Assembly (NCBI RefSeq): GCF_018350175.1
Contig: NC_058368.1
Location: forward strand, 126,358,001 to 126,422,000
DNA: 64,000 bases
Direction of reading: 5' to 3'
DNA from: Felis catus
Lineage: Eukaryota
Shown here: piece after piece, positions 1-13,402 of the stretch
How the letters are laid out: each line of letters opens with the position of its first letter
Position numbering within the stretch: the stretch's first letter is position 1
Notes under the pieces: model-generated
What the model saw: only the letters and a program-made list of their open reading frames with translations
Told to the model about the DNA's origin: nothing
Databases searched by the model: none
Made by a program: the position numbers and the translations under genes

Positions 1-169
1 TGAGGAGTCAGGGGCTTCAATACATTGATGTTTAGGAAACACAGTTCAGCCTATAAACACCATATGCAAAAAAAAAAAAATGTCCAGATAGAGTAAGGAC
101 TTAAATTCAAGAACAAAGAAAATAATAGTAGCAAGTATAAGCAATCAACTTTCTGAGCATAGGGTATGG

Positions 170-678
170 AAAGAGTTTTGTTTTGTTTTTTAGTTGAGAT
201 CTAATTGACATGTAACAGTGTATTAGTTTTAGGTGTACAACGCATTGATTTGATATAGGTAAATATTTTGAAGTGGTTAACACAGTAAATTTCCTCATTG
301 CAAATAGTTAGATTTTTTTTTCTTGTTGATGAGAAATTTTAAGATCTACTTTGTTAGCCACATTCACATATAAGAACAATATTGTTAACTATAGTCATCT
401 TGCTATATGTTACGCTCCCAAGACATACTAGTCTTATTACAGGATGTTTGTACCTTTTGACCCCCTTCACCTGTTTTGCATCCTGACCCTAACATCTGCC
501 ATCCACCAATCTGTTCTCTGCCAGGAGTTCAGTTTTTTTTTTTTAGTTTCTAGATAGAGTGAGAACACACAGTATTTGTCCTTCTCTTTGTGACTTAATT
601 CGCTTGGCATAATGCCCTGAGGCATTACGTTGTTACAAATGGCAGGATAGCCTTCTTTTTTTAATTACTGAATAATAT

Positions 679-721
<43 letters not shown>

Positions 722-1345
722 TATGCAAATTACGTTTTCTTTATTCATCTGTTGATGGACATTTAAGTTGTTTCTATACCTTGGCTATCATTACTGATGC
801 TTCGGGGAGCATGGGCATACTGTTATCTATTTGAAATTATGATTCTGTTTCCTTTGGAGATATACCTAGAAGTGGAATTGCTGGTCATACTGTGTTTCAG
901 TTTTTAATTTCTTGAGGAAACTCCATACTGTTTTATACATTGTACCAGTTTACATTTCCATCAGGAGTCTACAAGGGTTCCCTTTTCTCCATATCCTTGC
1001 ATGCATTTGGTATCTTTTGTCTTTCTGAAAACAGACATCCTAAAAGGTACTGCATGGTGTCTCGTTGTGGTTTTGGTTTTACATTATATTTGATGTTGAG
1101 GATTTTTTTGTGTACCTGTTGGCCATTTGTACATCTTCCTTGGAAAAATATCTACTCAAGATCTTTGCTCAGTTTTAATTGTGTGTTTTGTTTTTTACTA
1201 TTATATGGGTTCCTGGTATATTTTGGATAATAACTCCTTATCAGATGAGTGGTTGGCAAATATTTTCTTCCATTTCATGGGTTGCCTATTCTTTTGTTGA
1301 TAGTTTTCTTTGCTGTGCAGAAACTTTTTAGTTTGATGTAGGCTG
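170..1345 (-). mobile_element. Old L1 (L1MA-like) 3' fragment with (AT)n at ~684-724
   Basis: Typical antisense L1 3'-end text (agaagtggaattgctgg, gaggaaactccatactgtttt). Confidence 0.75.
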
Positions 1346-1489
1346 ATGACATTATGTGCATCTTCTTTGATTTTTTTTAACCTCTTATTTTGAAATAAAA
1401 TTTCTTTATCCCTTGTCCATTGTTAAAAAATTGAAGAATATAGAAACACTAAAGAAGGCAGGTATTGGTAAAATTCACTGTAAGAATTC

Positions 1490-1710
1490 AGAGTGCCTAG
1501 GTGGCTCACTCGGTTAAACATCTGACTTTGGCTCAGGTCATGATCTCACAGTTCATGGGTTTAAGCCCCATGTCTGGCTCTGTGCTGACAGCTCAGAGCC
1601 TGGAGCCTGCTTCGGATTCTGTGTCTCCCTCTCACTGCCTCTCCCCCACTCATGCTTGCTCTCTCTCTCTCTCTCTCTCTGTCAAAAATGAATAAATGTT
1701 TAAAAAAATT
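1490..1710 (+). mobile_element. CAN-SINE (SINEC_Fc-like)
   Basis: tRNA-derived head with A/B boxes, (CT)n, AATAAA and A-rich tail. Confidence 0.92.
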
Positions 1711-2037
1711 TTTTTGATTCATGTAAGATGCAATGATAAATAATCCTAAAGTGGTCTTCTCCCTTACTCCTCTATTATGGATTTCTTGGCATGTCATCCA
1801 GGTGGTGATTTCATTCCTCTGCTCTCCATCCAGATGGCAGTTGTCAATAGGCTTCACTGTCCAATATCTCGAATTGCTCTTTCAGCTAAGTCATTTTAAC
1901 CCTGGTGATCTGGCTCAATAGTATTGTAAATGGTACTCTTTTTTCTTTCATCATCACTGCCCTATGTTTTGAATGTTCTAAACAGACTGTTAATTCTATC
2001 ACACCTGCAGAAACTGCATTCACAAAGATTTCTATTT

Positions 2038-2102
2038 TTAAAAATCTTTTTTTTAATGTTTGCTTATTTTTGAGAGAGAGAGGAGGAGCAGAGAGAAAGA
2101 GG

Positions 2103-2150
<48 letters not shown>

Positions 2151-2276
2151 CTGAAGCAGGCTCCAGGCTCTGAGCTGTCAGCACAGAGCCCAACACGGGA
2201 TGCAAACTCTCAAACCATGAGACTATGACGTGAGCTGAAGTTGGACGCTTAACCGACTCAGCCACCCAGGCTCCCC
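2038..2276 (-). mobile_element. CAN-SINE
   Basis: (GA)n tract; TSD CACAAAGATTTCTATTT on both sides. Confidence 0.93.
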
Positions 2277-2544
2277 CACAAAGATTTCTATTTAGTTACT
2301 ATTCTCCTTGACCTTTCTGCAACATTTGACACTTTTCATGTTCCCTCTTATTTGCCATCATGCTTGACTCCTAGAGTCTCTTCTGCCTTCTCTTCTAGTT
2401 CTCTCCCTATGACTTGGATCTTTCTGATCCTTTTCTCTCTCTTCAGTTCCTCCCATTCACAGGACTTCAGATTTTGGTCCCCATACTCACTAATAAATCC
2501 AAGAATTATGAACCCCCTCACACATTTTTAAGTTGATTCATAAA

Positions 2545-2752
2545 TTTCTTTAACTTTATTTATTCATTTTGAGAGATAGAGAGAGAGCAAGCAGGGGAAG
2601 GGCAAAGAGCGAGCGAGTTAGAGGATCCCAAGCAGGCTACACGCTGTCAGTGCAAAGCCAGGTGTGGGGCTCAAACTCACCAACCATGAGATCATGACCT
2701 GAGCCAAAATCAAGAGTTCGACGCTTAACCGACAGAGCCACCCAGGTGTCCC
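2545..2752 (-). mobile_element. CAN-SINE (older subfamily)
   Basis: gagatcatgacctgagccaaaatcaagag...agccacccaggtgtccc. Confidence 0.9.
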
Positions 2753-4633
2753 AATATATAATTTTTTAAAAGATTAAGAGTTATAAATCATATCATATCT
2801 GAAACCATGAATGTTATGTGTGTGTCTTCACTATGGTTTTGCCACAACTGTAGAGCCACATGTTCAGTTTATGGCGAACTTCCATGGTATAATTTAAGGG
2901 CCAAACACAGTCTTCACCGTCAAACTAATCAGTCAGAAAATTGACTTTGTGTTCATACTGAAATAAATGTGTTAATACTTGTCTTTGTGGTAACCATATT
3001 GCTTCTAAATTCTTACGGAGCATGGGGAGGAGGAATAAAACAGAAAGAAGGGAAGGGGAAGAGGAAGAGACAGGGCTAGGGGAAAGGGAAGGGGAAGGGA
3101 AGATGAACCCTAAGATCTTGCTACAGGTTTGCCACTCGAAGGAAGCTTCTTACTGAAGATCTGCAGTCTTCTATTTTCCCTGTGTTTGGGGGACTCCAGA
3201 GGTATTTACCCTTGGTAGAAATGAACAAGAGTAAAATTCTGGATAGATGGGTGCATGGATGAAAGATGGACAGATGAGAGATTGGCTCTCCTATTGTAAA
3301 ATGGGAGACGAGCAATTGTGAAAGCGAATTTGGGATAGGAGAACCAGCAGAATTGGGTTTCTCAGGCACATCAGTTTTAGGGAGGAGTTCTTATAATAGC
3401 TGGAATTTGTAAATTGATTCTCTTCAAACTGTCCATCTGCCCCATTGCTCCTTGAAACATCTTCAGGTATATACATATCTTCTTCATTGAATTGACTATT
3501 CTTAAAAAAAATACTTATTTTCTATTTCACTCCTGCATAATTTACTCATTTTCACCAATCCAGTTATCACTTAGTTGGATTAAGGGTAGATGCTCAGAAA
3601 CCTGCTGATCTCTTGTTTACAAGCATCAGCCAGATGTTTCTATTTGAAGATCTCACATTAAACTGGAGGTATTCACTTCATCGTCATCATGACAGTAAAA
3701 TCTATAAATTTTTGTGTACAGTTGTTTCTTTCTTAAAGTTCCCACAGCTTAAGATAAAATCCAGCTATATCAGCAATAACCTCATTGTCTCTGACTTGAA
3801 CTTGCCCTGGATAAAGGCAAAACCTCAGTCTTCTAGCAGGCCCTTCTTTCTCATGCAGATTCCAAGTGAAGATTAGGTGTGCTGCCTTTAGTGCAAGAAA
3901 GGAAGAGAAATAAAAGTGTATAGATATAAGTATATATGTATTAATAGATAAGTAGGTAGATGGGTATAGATAGACATATCTGCTGATATTTGCAGAAAGG
4001 AACTGCAAGGTAAACCAGATACTGGTGAAAATACTGGTCGGGGCGGGGGTGGGGTGGGGTAGGTGTAGAGGCATAAACAGTGTAAAAGGAGCAGAAATTT
4101 AAGCAAGACTTCTTGGAGTATACTTTCCAATGGAAGTCATGTAATTCATGTAAATCATGAATCATGTAAATGTTTTACATATTCAGAAAAAAATGTTCCC
4201 TAAAATTGAAAATATCTTAAAAAAAAAAGATACTAACTGCATATCAAAATTTAACAAAACCATTCAAAGGAAAGAATTACTCTAGATATCTGAAATATTG
4301 TATTCTTGCTGAAAACCCTTGGAAGGAAATATTATAAGGAGAAAAAGAGCTTGAAATTCAGTGGTTTTATTATTAATAGTAATATTGGTATTGTTATCTG
4401 GAAATCATTCATATTACAGACCTAAAGTAAATAAATGATTATGTTACTATTATTTTAAAATAAAATTTTCATGTTAGGAAATGACTATAAAATTAAAATA
4501 ATTAAGTAAAACCCTATAAGCCAAATTTAAATTGACAAATGTCTATTTAAACTCTTTTTGAAATCATTTGAAATCAAATGTATCTCCTACCTGTATTGTC
4601 TGAATGGACCTGCATTTAAAAAAATAGTGTATA

Positions 4634-5024
4634 CAATGGAGTACTATGTGGCAATGCGAAAGAATGAAATATGGCCCTTTGTAGCAACGTGGATGGAAGT
4701 GGAGAGTGTTACGCTAAGTGAAATAAGCCATACAGAGAAAGACAGATACCATATGTTTTCACTCTTATGTGGATCCTGAGAAACTTAACAGAAACCCATG
4801 GGGCAGGGGAAGGAAAAAAAAAAAAGAGGTTAGAGTGGGAGAGAGCCAAAGCATAAGAGACTCTTAAAAACTGAGAACAAACTGAGGGTTGATGGGGGGT
4901 GGGAGGGAGGGGAAGGTGGGTGATGGGTAGTGAGGAGGGCACCTTTTGGGATGAGCACTGGGTGTTTTATGGAAACCAATTTGACAATAAATTTCATATA
5001 TTGAAAACAAATAAAATATTTATC
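4634..5024 (+). mobile_element. 5'-truncated young felid L1 (ORF2 C-terminus plus 3' UTR)
   Basis: Encodes ...EIWPFVATWM...HMFSLLCGS*, close to the 3' end of the 56-62 kb L1. 15-bp TSD AAAAAATAGTGTATA (4619-4633, 5025-5039). Confidence 0.93.
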
Positions 5025-5214
5025 AAAAAATAGTGTATATAACTGATTAATACATTTGCAACATAAAAATTCATGAGACCGCAATGATACTTTTTAAAAG
5101 TTAAATTTGCTTACACCAAATCCTAGTTCTGAAAATTGGTAATTATAGGGAATATATTAATTTATTCTTGTAGTTGAAGGTAACAAAATAACCCTGGTTA
5201 ATGACATTTTTTCC

Positions 5215-5915
5215 AGTTTTTTTAAAGATATAATTGACATACAGCAGTGTAAGTTTAAGATGTACAGTAGGATGATTTGATATACAAATATCATGCAGTG
5301 ATTACCACAATAAGTTCAGTTAACATCCATCATCTCATGTAGATGCAAAATAAGAGAAAAAGAAAAAAACACTTTTTTTCCTTGTGATGAGAACTCTTAG
5401 GATCTATTTTCTTAACTTTCATATGTAGGTGATCTTTGAACAACATGGGTTTGAAATGCATAGATCCACTTACATGCAGGGTTGCTTTTAATGTATATAT
5501 AAGTATAGTACAGTACTGTAAATGTATTTTCTCTCCCTTATGGTTTTCTTAATGACATTGTCTTATCTCTAATTACTTCAATATAAGAAAGTAGTGTATA
5601 ATACATATAATGTACAGAATATGTGTTAATGACTATGTTATCAATAAGACTTGCAGTCAACAATAGGCTATTAGCAGTTAAGTTTTGGAGAAGTTTAAAG
5701 TTGTACACAATATTTCAACTGCACAGGTTAGGGGTCAGTACCTCTAAACCCTGCAATGTGCATGGGTCCACTGTAGGTCATAGAGCAGTGTTAAATATAG
5801 TCATCAAGTTGTCCATTACATTTCTGTATTATTTATCTTATAAGTAGAAGTTTGGATCTTTGACTAGCTTCATCCAATTTCTCCTCCCTCCCAACCCCTA
5901 CCCACTGCCTCTGGT
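5215..5915 (-). mobile_element. Old L1MA-like 3' UTR fragment interrupted by a Tigger element
   Basis: Similar to 170-520; the sequence resumes after the Tigger insertion. Confidence 0.65.
5426..5775. mobile_element. Tigger2/MER8-like non-autonomous Tc1-mariner DNA transposon
   Basis: Decayed TIRs (taggtgatctttgaacaacatggg ... tgtgcatgggtccactg) followed by TA. Confidence 0.7.
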
Positions 5916-7504
5916 GATGAGGAAATATTTTTACAGAAGAATACTAACTAATAAATACACAAAGAATGGATAGTACCAGAAAATTACCATTCTGCAACTA
6001 CATATGGAATAACTGGCTCTTATTAAGAATCGATATGGATGGAATCATTAGATGGATGGCTGATGGACAGATTTTCCCATGGGTTACCCCACCGATGACC
6101 TGCCAATAATATGTGGGGGCAGAAGGGTGCACCTGTATGATGATGAGATCTGGCTGACACCATCACAGAGACCGAACTATCAGGAATGGTGGGACACCAT
6201 GTGCCTGCTGGTGGCACGCAGGAGGAATTGCAGTCTTTTCTGTGAAGTATTCTTACTAAGAAATATTCAATCAAAACCTTAGTCTGTATTTCTAACTTCA
6301 AGTTCAAAGGAAATTCAGGGAACAAAGGAATAAAATGAAACCACCAGGAAAAAATAAAATTCAGAAAATGGACATTTTATAAGACATCTAGCCTGGTCTC
6401 TTCAAAAAGCCAAAGGGAGTAAGTAGTGATTCTTGCAGCTTAGGTGAATAGGAGTCCTAATGGAATGTCACCTGTTGTCTTCAGTTGGTTCTTCGTTTGA
6501 ACAAACGAACTATATAATGCATTTGGGGAACAAGTGGGAAAATGTGAATGTGAACTAGGTATTAAGGAATTCTTGTTTTTCAAAATGTGGCTGCAATACC
6601 ACTCTATGTAAGATAGCATGCTATTATCATGTTTGGAACATACTTTTAACTGGCAAGAGAGGGGAATATGTGTAAACAGTTGTTTGATTTGGTGGTGGGC
6701 ATATGGGTATTCACTGTTCCCTTCTTTCCACAATTATGCATATTTTAACTTTTTTTTCACAATTAATGTTTAACAAAAACAGGCTCCAAGCTTCCAACCA
6801 GTCACTGCTGCTCCACAGTGAGGAGCCGGCAGCCCTAAGTCTTGGTCTCCTCCAGGGCTTTGCACCCTCTCCAGTGGCTGGAGACCCAGGGTTGTGGGCA
6901 CCACACTGAGCCTCCGGAGCCAGGTGTGCCGTTTGCATTCCCAACTTCTCACAAACTGAGTTAGGTACGGATGTGGAAGTGGGGGTGGTTGAAGGGGAGT
7001 GGGGGTGTGGAGAAGTATTGTTTGGGCAGAGTGGGTTTGGGACTTCACAAGTACAGCAGGTCACTTTCCACCCACACCGCCTCTCACGGACTGTTTTTCA
7101 GGACAGGCCTCCTGGAGCAGAGCCTAGGAAACCCTTTCCTCTGTGGCGTTACCTGCCTCTCCCCAGCCCTCAGTAGGTAAGCTGCTGCTTCCCGCAGAGT
7201 CCATGTCCTGAGCTGGGGCATTTTCTCCATGGGCTGGTGGTGATAACCTCCTAGATGCCTCTCCTATCTCTTCCTTTTGCTTCCCATTTCCCCAAGTCAA
7301 AAACAAACCAAAACAGCAAACAAAACAAAACAGTGCTTCTTGCTCACTCTTCCTCCTTGGTAGTTCCATTCATTTTTGTTCAATTCCTTTTAATAAGCCA
7401 GATGCTGGAGAGAGGATCTCTCCATTGAGCCTTGGATTGAACTCCTATGCATTCCCCTTGCCCTTGCTAGTTCTTTGTGTTGCCCCTTCCTTTCTTCTGA
7501 GTAT

Positions 7505-7690
7505 TAAATAGTAACTAATAGTATTGATCGCTTAACCGTGTGTCAGATGCCGCTTTAAGCACATTCTACGCATTGGCTTCTTTGATCACAACAACGTAAT
7601 AAAATATAACCTTCATGGTACAGAAGAGGAAACTGAGGCACAGAGAGGGTCAGTAACTTATGCAAGATTGAATCTAGGATGTGTGTACTC
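7505..7690 (-). mobile_element. MIR fragment (others near 12370, 17100, 30000, 34440, 36620, 51360, 51600)
   Basis: MIR core acagaagaggaaactgaggcacagagag. Confidence 0.7.
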
Positions 7691-7971
7691 TTCTCAATAG
7701 TTCTATATTTATAAATGTGTTTATCAAGAAGTAACTGAGTTCCTACTCTTTGCCATGTATTACTGTAGACACGGGGAACATAGTACTGAAGAAAGCCATG
7801 TACTTGTCTTCATGGAGCTTTCATACCTGTACAGAAGAAAAATAACCAAAATGGAATAAATAAATCAAGGCATGCATCAGAAATCTTAATCAGATGATAG
7901 GAACAGAAGGAGGGCAGTCCAGGAAAGCCTCTTTCAGGAGCTGATCTTTGTCATTAAAAAAAAAAAATTAT

Positions 7972-8200
7972 AGGGACACCTGGGTGGCTCAGTTGCTTCA
8001 GCATTTGACTTTGGCTCAGGTCATCATCTCATGCCTTATGAGTTCAAGTCCCACATCGGGCTCTGTGCCGACAGCTTGGAGCCTGGAGTCTGCTTCCGAT
8101 TCTGTGTCTCCCTCTCTGTCTGCCCCTCCCCTGCTCATGCTCTGTCTCTGTCTCTGTCTCTCTCTCCATAAATAAACATTAAAATTTTTTTAATTAAAAA
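7972..8200 (+). mobile_element. CAN-SINE
   Basis: gggacacctgggtggctcag...(CT)n...aaataaac. Confidence 0.92.
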
Positions 8201-8580
8201 GATTATATGTAGTTTCCAATAGGTCATCTATTCTCTTGGTTCAAACATTAAAATGTATAAAAAGTGATCAGCTTTTCCTTCTAGAAATTTTATGCTTTAT
8301 GTGTACTTAAGACTGTCAAATTATTTTTTTCCTTCCTGTTTGTCTCCAAGGAAACATGTTTTACTATACCATATGCTGTCCTCCTTGCTTTTCACAATAT
8401 TTATTTTGGACATCTTACCATATCAATACTTAAAAAGCCTCATTTTGCTTTTACAGTTGCCTACATTTTCATACTATGAATTACAATCATTTATTTAATC
8501 AGTCTCCTATTGAAGGTGCTTAGGTTTTTTTCTAGTCTTTAATTGTTACAAACAATGCTTCAGTAAATAATCCTATACAT

Positions 8581-8806
8581 CAGGAGTTGGCAAACCATTT
8601 CTGTAAAGGGCCAGATAGTAAATATTTTAGGCTTTGTAGGCCACATGGTCTCTGTCACAGCTATTCAACTCTGCTGTTGTAGCATAAAAGCGGCCGTAGA
8701 CCATGTATAAGCAAACAGGCGTGGCTGTTTTACAATAAAACCTTATTTGCAAGAGCAGATGCCGAACTAAATTCGGCCAGTGGGTTGCTTTATTTACTGA
8801 TGCCTG
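8581..8806 (+). mobile_element. MER58A-like hAT-Charlie element
   Basis: caggagttggcaaacc...ctgtaaagggccagatagtaaatattttaggctttg matches the recalled MER58A consensus. Confidence 0.8.
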
Positions 8807-9228
8807 TTATTCATCATTTTATATACTGGATCATCTCCACAGGATAAATTCCCAGAAGACAGTACATGAATTTCTAATTTTGATAGTTTCTACCAAATTG
8901 CCTTTCACTGAGATTGTACCAATTTGCTTTCCCACAAGCAGTGTATTTGTCTCTTCAACACTTTGCCGATATAGTATGTTCACACAAAGTGAGGATTTTG
9001 CCAATTTCATAGGTAGAAAATGGAATTTCAGTATAGTTTTAACTTTTGTTTCTCTTTTTATGAGTCCAGATGATCCAATAGAATAATTTGTTTTCTACTG
9101 GCTAATGGGTGTTTTAAAAATCAACTGTATAAGCTCTTTAATTTTAATAAGAAGATAAACCCCTTATCTGTGATATGCTGGGGATACTTTTTCCAGTTAT
9201 TTATCTTTTGATTTGACCTAATTTTTTA

Positions 9229-9428
9229 AAATGTTTATTTATTTTTGAGACAGAGACAGAGCATAAGGATGGGAGGGGCAGAGAGAGAGCGAGACACAGA
9301 ATCTGAAGCAGGCTCCAGGCTCTGAGCTGTCAACACAGAGCCCGACACGGGGCTGGAACTCACGAACCACGAAATCATGACCTAAGCCAAAGTCAGAAGC
9401 TTAACGGACTGAGCCACCCTGGCACCCC
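9229..9428 (-). mobile_element. CAN-SINE
   Basis: TSD TGACCTAATTTTTT. Confidence 0.92.
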
Positions 9429-10829
9429 TGACCTAATTTTTTTTTAATGAAGAGGTTTTATTTGTGTATATTTGTGTTAATGGATCTTTTATTTTATAGA
9501 TTCTGCATTTTGTATAATAGTTAAAAAATATACCACATTCCAAGGTTATAAATGAATTCTCCCACATTGCCATATGATTTCACATTTTATATTTCAAACT
9601 TTAATCTAGTTGGAATTAAGCCAGGTATAAATTATGGATCTGTTTTACTTTCTTTCTGAACATTAACAAGTTGCCCCTGTGACATTTAGTAAATACCATA
9701 CCAAAATAGTGGTTTAACCTGATTTCATTTGACACCTTCATAAAATATTAAGATGCTGTGTATGTTGGGTCTTTTTCTGCACTTTATGTTCCACTGGTTT
9801 AGCTTACTATTCATGTACCAGTATCACGTTATTTTAATTACTCAAGTTTTATGGTACACTTTGGTACCTAATATAGGCTAACCCCCCCAACACCCCTACA
9901 ACTTCTCTTTATTTTAGGATTTTCCTTGATATTCTTGCCATTTTTTAAACATGATCTTTAGAATCCTACTGCGTAGATTAAAAAAAAAAAACTTCATTTG
10001 GATTGAGTTTAATTTTTTAATCTGAGGAGAATTGACAGATTTAAGATAAACTATATTTCCCTGTCCAAGAACATGGTACAACTTTCCATTTTTCCAAGTC
10101 TTCTTTATCTTTTCAAGAGTTTTCTTCATATAGGTCTTGCACATTTCTTATTTATTCTCAATTATGTTAACTTTTTGTTATTGTTGCTTTGGTAAGTAAG
10201 GTCTTTTCTTGTGTATACTGACTGCTGTCAATTTCTGCGTATCGGTTTCTATACTGTTACTGAATCCTGCTCTTCATAAGTGATTATTTTAAAATTTATT
10301 TTCTGGGGTTTTCTGGGAATACAGTCACATCATATATAGATAGTGATAGTTTTAGTTCCTTTCCATTTTAATACCTGTAATCTCCCTTCTTTCATTACAA
10401 GGTTCACTCTTTCTGGTAGAGTAATAATAGTGGTAAAGATGACCATCCCCGCTATTTCTTACCTGGAGTTCTAGAGCTTTTAGTATTTCCCCATGAAGCA
10501 TGATGCTAGCTTTTAAGTTGAGAGCTGTATTTTTTCATTGTAGGTAAACAGCTATCGATTCTTAATTTGAGTGTTTTTATTAAAAAATAGATGCTGACTT
10601 TGTGAAATGCCTTTTCAGTACTTATGAAAGTGATTATTTGATTTTCTCTTTATGTCTTCTAATATAAATAATCATTAATATTGCATCATGTTTGTTGCTC
10701 AGTAATATTGATTTCTCATTATTGAAGCATCCTTGCATTCTTGGGATAAACACTACTTCATCTTGATGTAATATTCTGTTACTATGCTGCTAGGTTTTAT
10801 TTTATAATTTCTTATTTTATTTCATTCTA

Positions 10830-10854
10830 ATTTTTTTTAAAGTTTATTTATTTT

Positions 10855-10899
<45 letters not shown>

Positions 10900-11038
10900 G
10901 GGGCAGAGAGAGGGAGAGAGAGAATCCCCCATATTCATGTGAAGCCTGACATGAGGCTCAATCCCATGACCCTGAGATCACGACCTGAGCCGATACCAAG
11001 GATTGGAGGCTTAACCGACTGAGCCACCCAGGCGCCCC
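10830..11038 (-). mobile_element. CAN-SINE (short body) with (GA)n
   Basis: gcttaaccgactgagccacccaggcgcccc head. Confidence 0.88.
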
Positions 11039-11610
11039 TCCTAATGTCCGTAAGTATTCTAAAATGTCCATAACTATTCATGATATTATCTGTACTTTTT
11101 TATTTGTTTTGCATAACCTTTGTCAGGTCTTGATGTCAGTGTTATGGTTGCTTCATAAAAATAAATTCTGAGTTCTAAAAATAAAATTCTATAATCTGAA
11201 ACATCCTAAATAGCCCTGGAATTGTCTTAACTTTGATAGCTTCACAGAATTGCCCTGTGAAACCATCTAGGACTGATGTCTTTTTAGGGGTAGTTTTTGA
11301 CAATTTCCTACATTTCTGTAGAAATTGGTCTACTTAAACTTCTGAATTTTTCTGGGGGTCTGATCTTAGAAAAGTGTCCATCGTATCTTACTCATGTGGA
11401 ATAAAGTAGTCTCCAATTATTCTTTGAATTTCCGCTGTGGTTATTTTAAGCAGGTTTTCTGTCTTTTGGCCTCTTTTTCTGAGGGAAAGAGTAGTGTGTA
11501 AGCTAGTTAACAGTTAATCTGTTTTATTTTTTAACAGATTTACTTTCATTCTTCTTAATTTATTGGCATAAACATTTAAGAGTATGAATTTGCCTCTGGG
11601 TATTTTAGTT

Positions 11611-11832
11611 CAGAGTTTCCCAAGCTCAAAACTATTCACATTGGGGACCAGGTACTTCTTGTGGTGGGGGGCTTGCTCATTCATCCTGGATGTTTAGCAG
11701 CATCCCTGATCTCTGTCTACTGGAGGCCAGTAGCATTCCTAGCCTCAGCTGTGACAATCAAAAACATTTTTGGATATTGACAAAGGTCTCCTTGGGCGGA
11801 GGGAGGCAAAATTGTCCCAGGAGAAAACCACT
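11611..11832 (+). mobile_element. MER20-like hAT element
   Basis: ggatgtttagcagcatccctg...ccagtagca...tgtgacaatcaaaaa...gaaaaccactg. Confidence 0.75.
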
Positions 11833-11942
11833 GCTTTAGCTGTGTATACCCTAAGCCTATTTTTCGCTATGTGCAAAAATTTAGATTTGCATTTTCATGT
11901 GATCCAATTGTTATTTAAGATAAATTTTCAAATATAAATTCT

Positions 11943-12165
11943 GGGGGCACCTGGGTGGGTCAACTGGTTAAGTGTCTGACTCTTGATTTCAGCTTAGGTC
12001 ATGATCTCAGGGTTCATTGGATCAAGCCCCACATTGGTCTCTGCACTGACAGTGTGGAGCTTACTTGGGATTCCTTCTCTCCCTCTCTCTCTGCCCAGCT
12101 TGCACTCTCTGTGTCTCTCTCTAAATAAATAAACATTAAGAAGTAAAATAAATAAATTTAAAAAC
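11943..12165 (+). mobile_element. CAN-SINE
   Basis: gggggcacctgggtgg head and A-rich tail. Confidence 0.9.
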
Positions 12166-13402
12166 AAATAAAATATACATTCTGAACAACTATGGTTGTT
12201 TTTTACAGACCTTACAAATATTCTGAAGTCTTTATTCCTACTTTTACTGAAAGTGAAGCAAAAGTTTGTCATTTTATTATCCATTTTCCTTTCAGATGAT
12301 TTGCTGGATTATAGAGAAGTGCTAAATTGATATAGTCATTGCCATAGAAGTTCCTCATCGTTAATATTTACTCAACACAATGTATTCTAACCACTTTCAA
12401 AGCCTTTTACATAGACTATCTCATTTAATTCTTGCAGCAATCCTATTTGGTAGGTATTATCTACAGTTTCTAGATGGGGAAAGTCTCAAAATAACTTGCC
12501 AAAGATTTCACAGCTAGGAAGTAAAGTATAAATATGCCTTTAAAGGGCCTTTAGTTAATGAAAACAGCTTTGTTTTGCAGGGGCAGTGGGAAGAACAAAG
12601 TAAAGTTGTTTTTGGGTGGGCAAGGAAAGCATAAGGTGAAACCCTGTGCTAACTGGTTGTTCAGAGGTGTGTGTGCCTGAAGCATCGTGACAAACTTGAG
12701 TGGTAATCCTTTCTGCCTCCTGTGGAAGAGGCTTTGCTGGACAGGATAGAAAAAGCACCAAGGAGTAGGATATTTGAAACAAAGAACAGCTTTACCCTTG
12801 TATTTATATGTCTTTCTTTGTGGTGACACTGGACCCCCACAGAGGAAGACGTCCCTGGGGTTTCAGCAGCTACCAAGGCAGACAGTCACTAGGGTGGACT
12901 AGTTAACACTCATTCATTGAAAGAGATCAAGTGCATTTTGTCTTTGTGTGCTAAATACCCTTTGTTTATCACACTTGAATTTGATAAATACATTTGGGAG
13001 TTTATTAACTTTAACTCTTTCTAGTGTATTAAGAACCATGTTTTGGAATAGCTAATAATCTTTACTTGTGTCTTTGTGTTGTATTAAAGGCTTTGGTGCG
13101 AAGCTAAATCTAGGCAGATTTCTTTTTCCTGGCTTTTAATTTTCCACTTGAAATACCGATAGGTTTCCCAATAAAATAGTTTTTCAAGGTTAATGGATAG
13201 TAACTGACCAGTTTTTTTCAAATAGTCTTAAAAAATGGCAAAATGTGATCTCATAGAATGTATTAAAATAGAATGACAAAAGAGGATTCTTGAAAGAAAA
13301 TGTTTTTAAATGTTTTCAAAGGGTTTGTGTTGATCCACGCATTAAATTCCAATTGAATGGGATTTCATATTGAGTTGGTGATGAACACTTTCAAAAGTGT
13401 AC

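Larger units (their letters stand above)
8880..11600 (-). mobile_element. Ancient, highly diverged L1 ORF2/3' remnants interrupted by SINEs
   Basis: T-rich antisense L1 text; ORF 9914..10144 has frameshifted L1 ORF2-like wording. Confidence 0.55.

Noticed and set aside
170..520. Similarity between 170-520 and 5215-5915 (and, inverted, 17860-18060 and 36870-37115)
   Set aside because: Explained by independent copies of related old L1 3' UTRs, not segmental duplication.
1501..2265. Repeated short ORFs such as MAxSVKxxTxAQVMIS...AQSLEPASDSVSPS
   Set aside because: Translations of CAN-SINE consensus, not genes.
3121..3476. Unique-looking stretch with short ORFs, considered as an exon or pseudogene
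   Set aside because: No recognisable protein similarity or convincing splice structure by eye.
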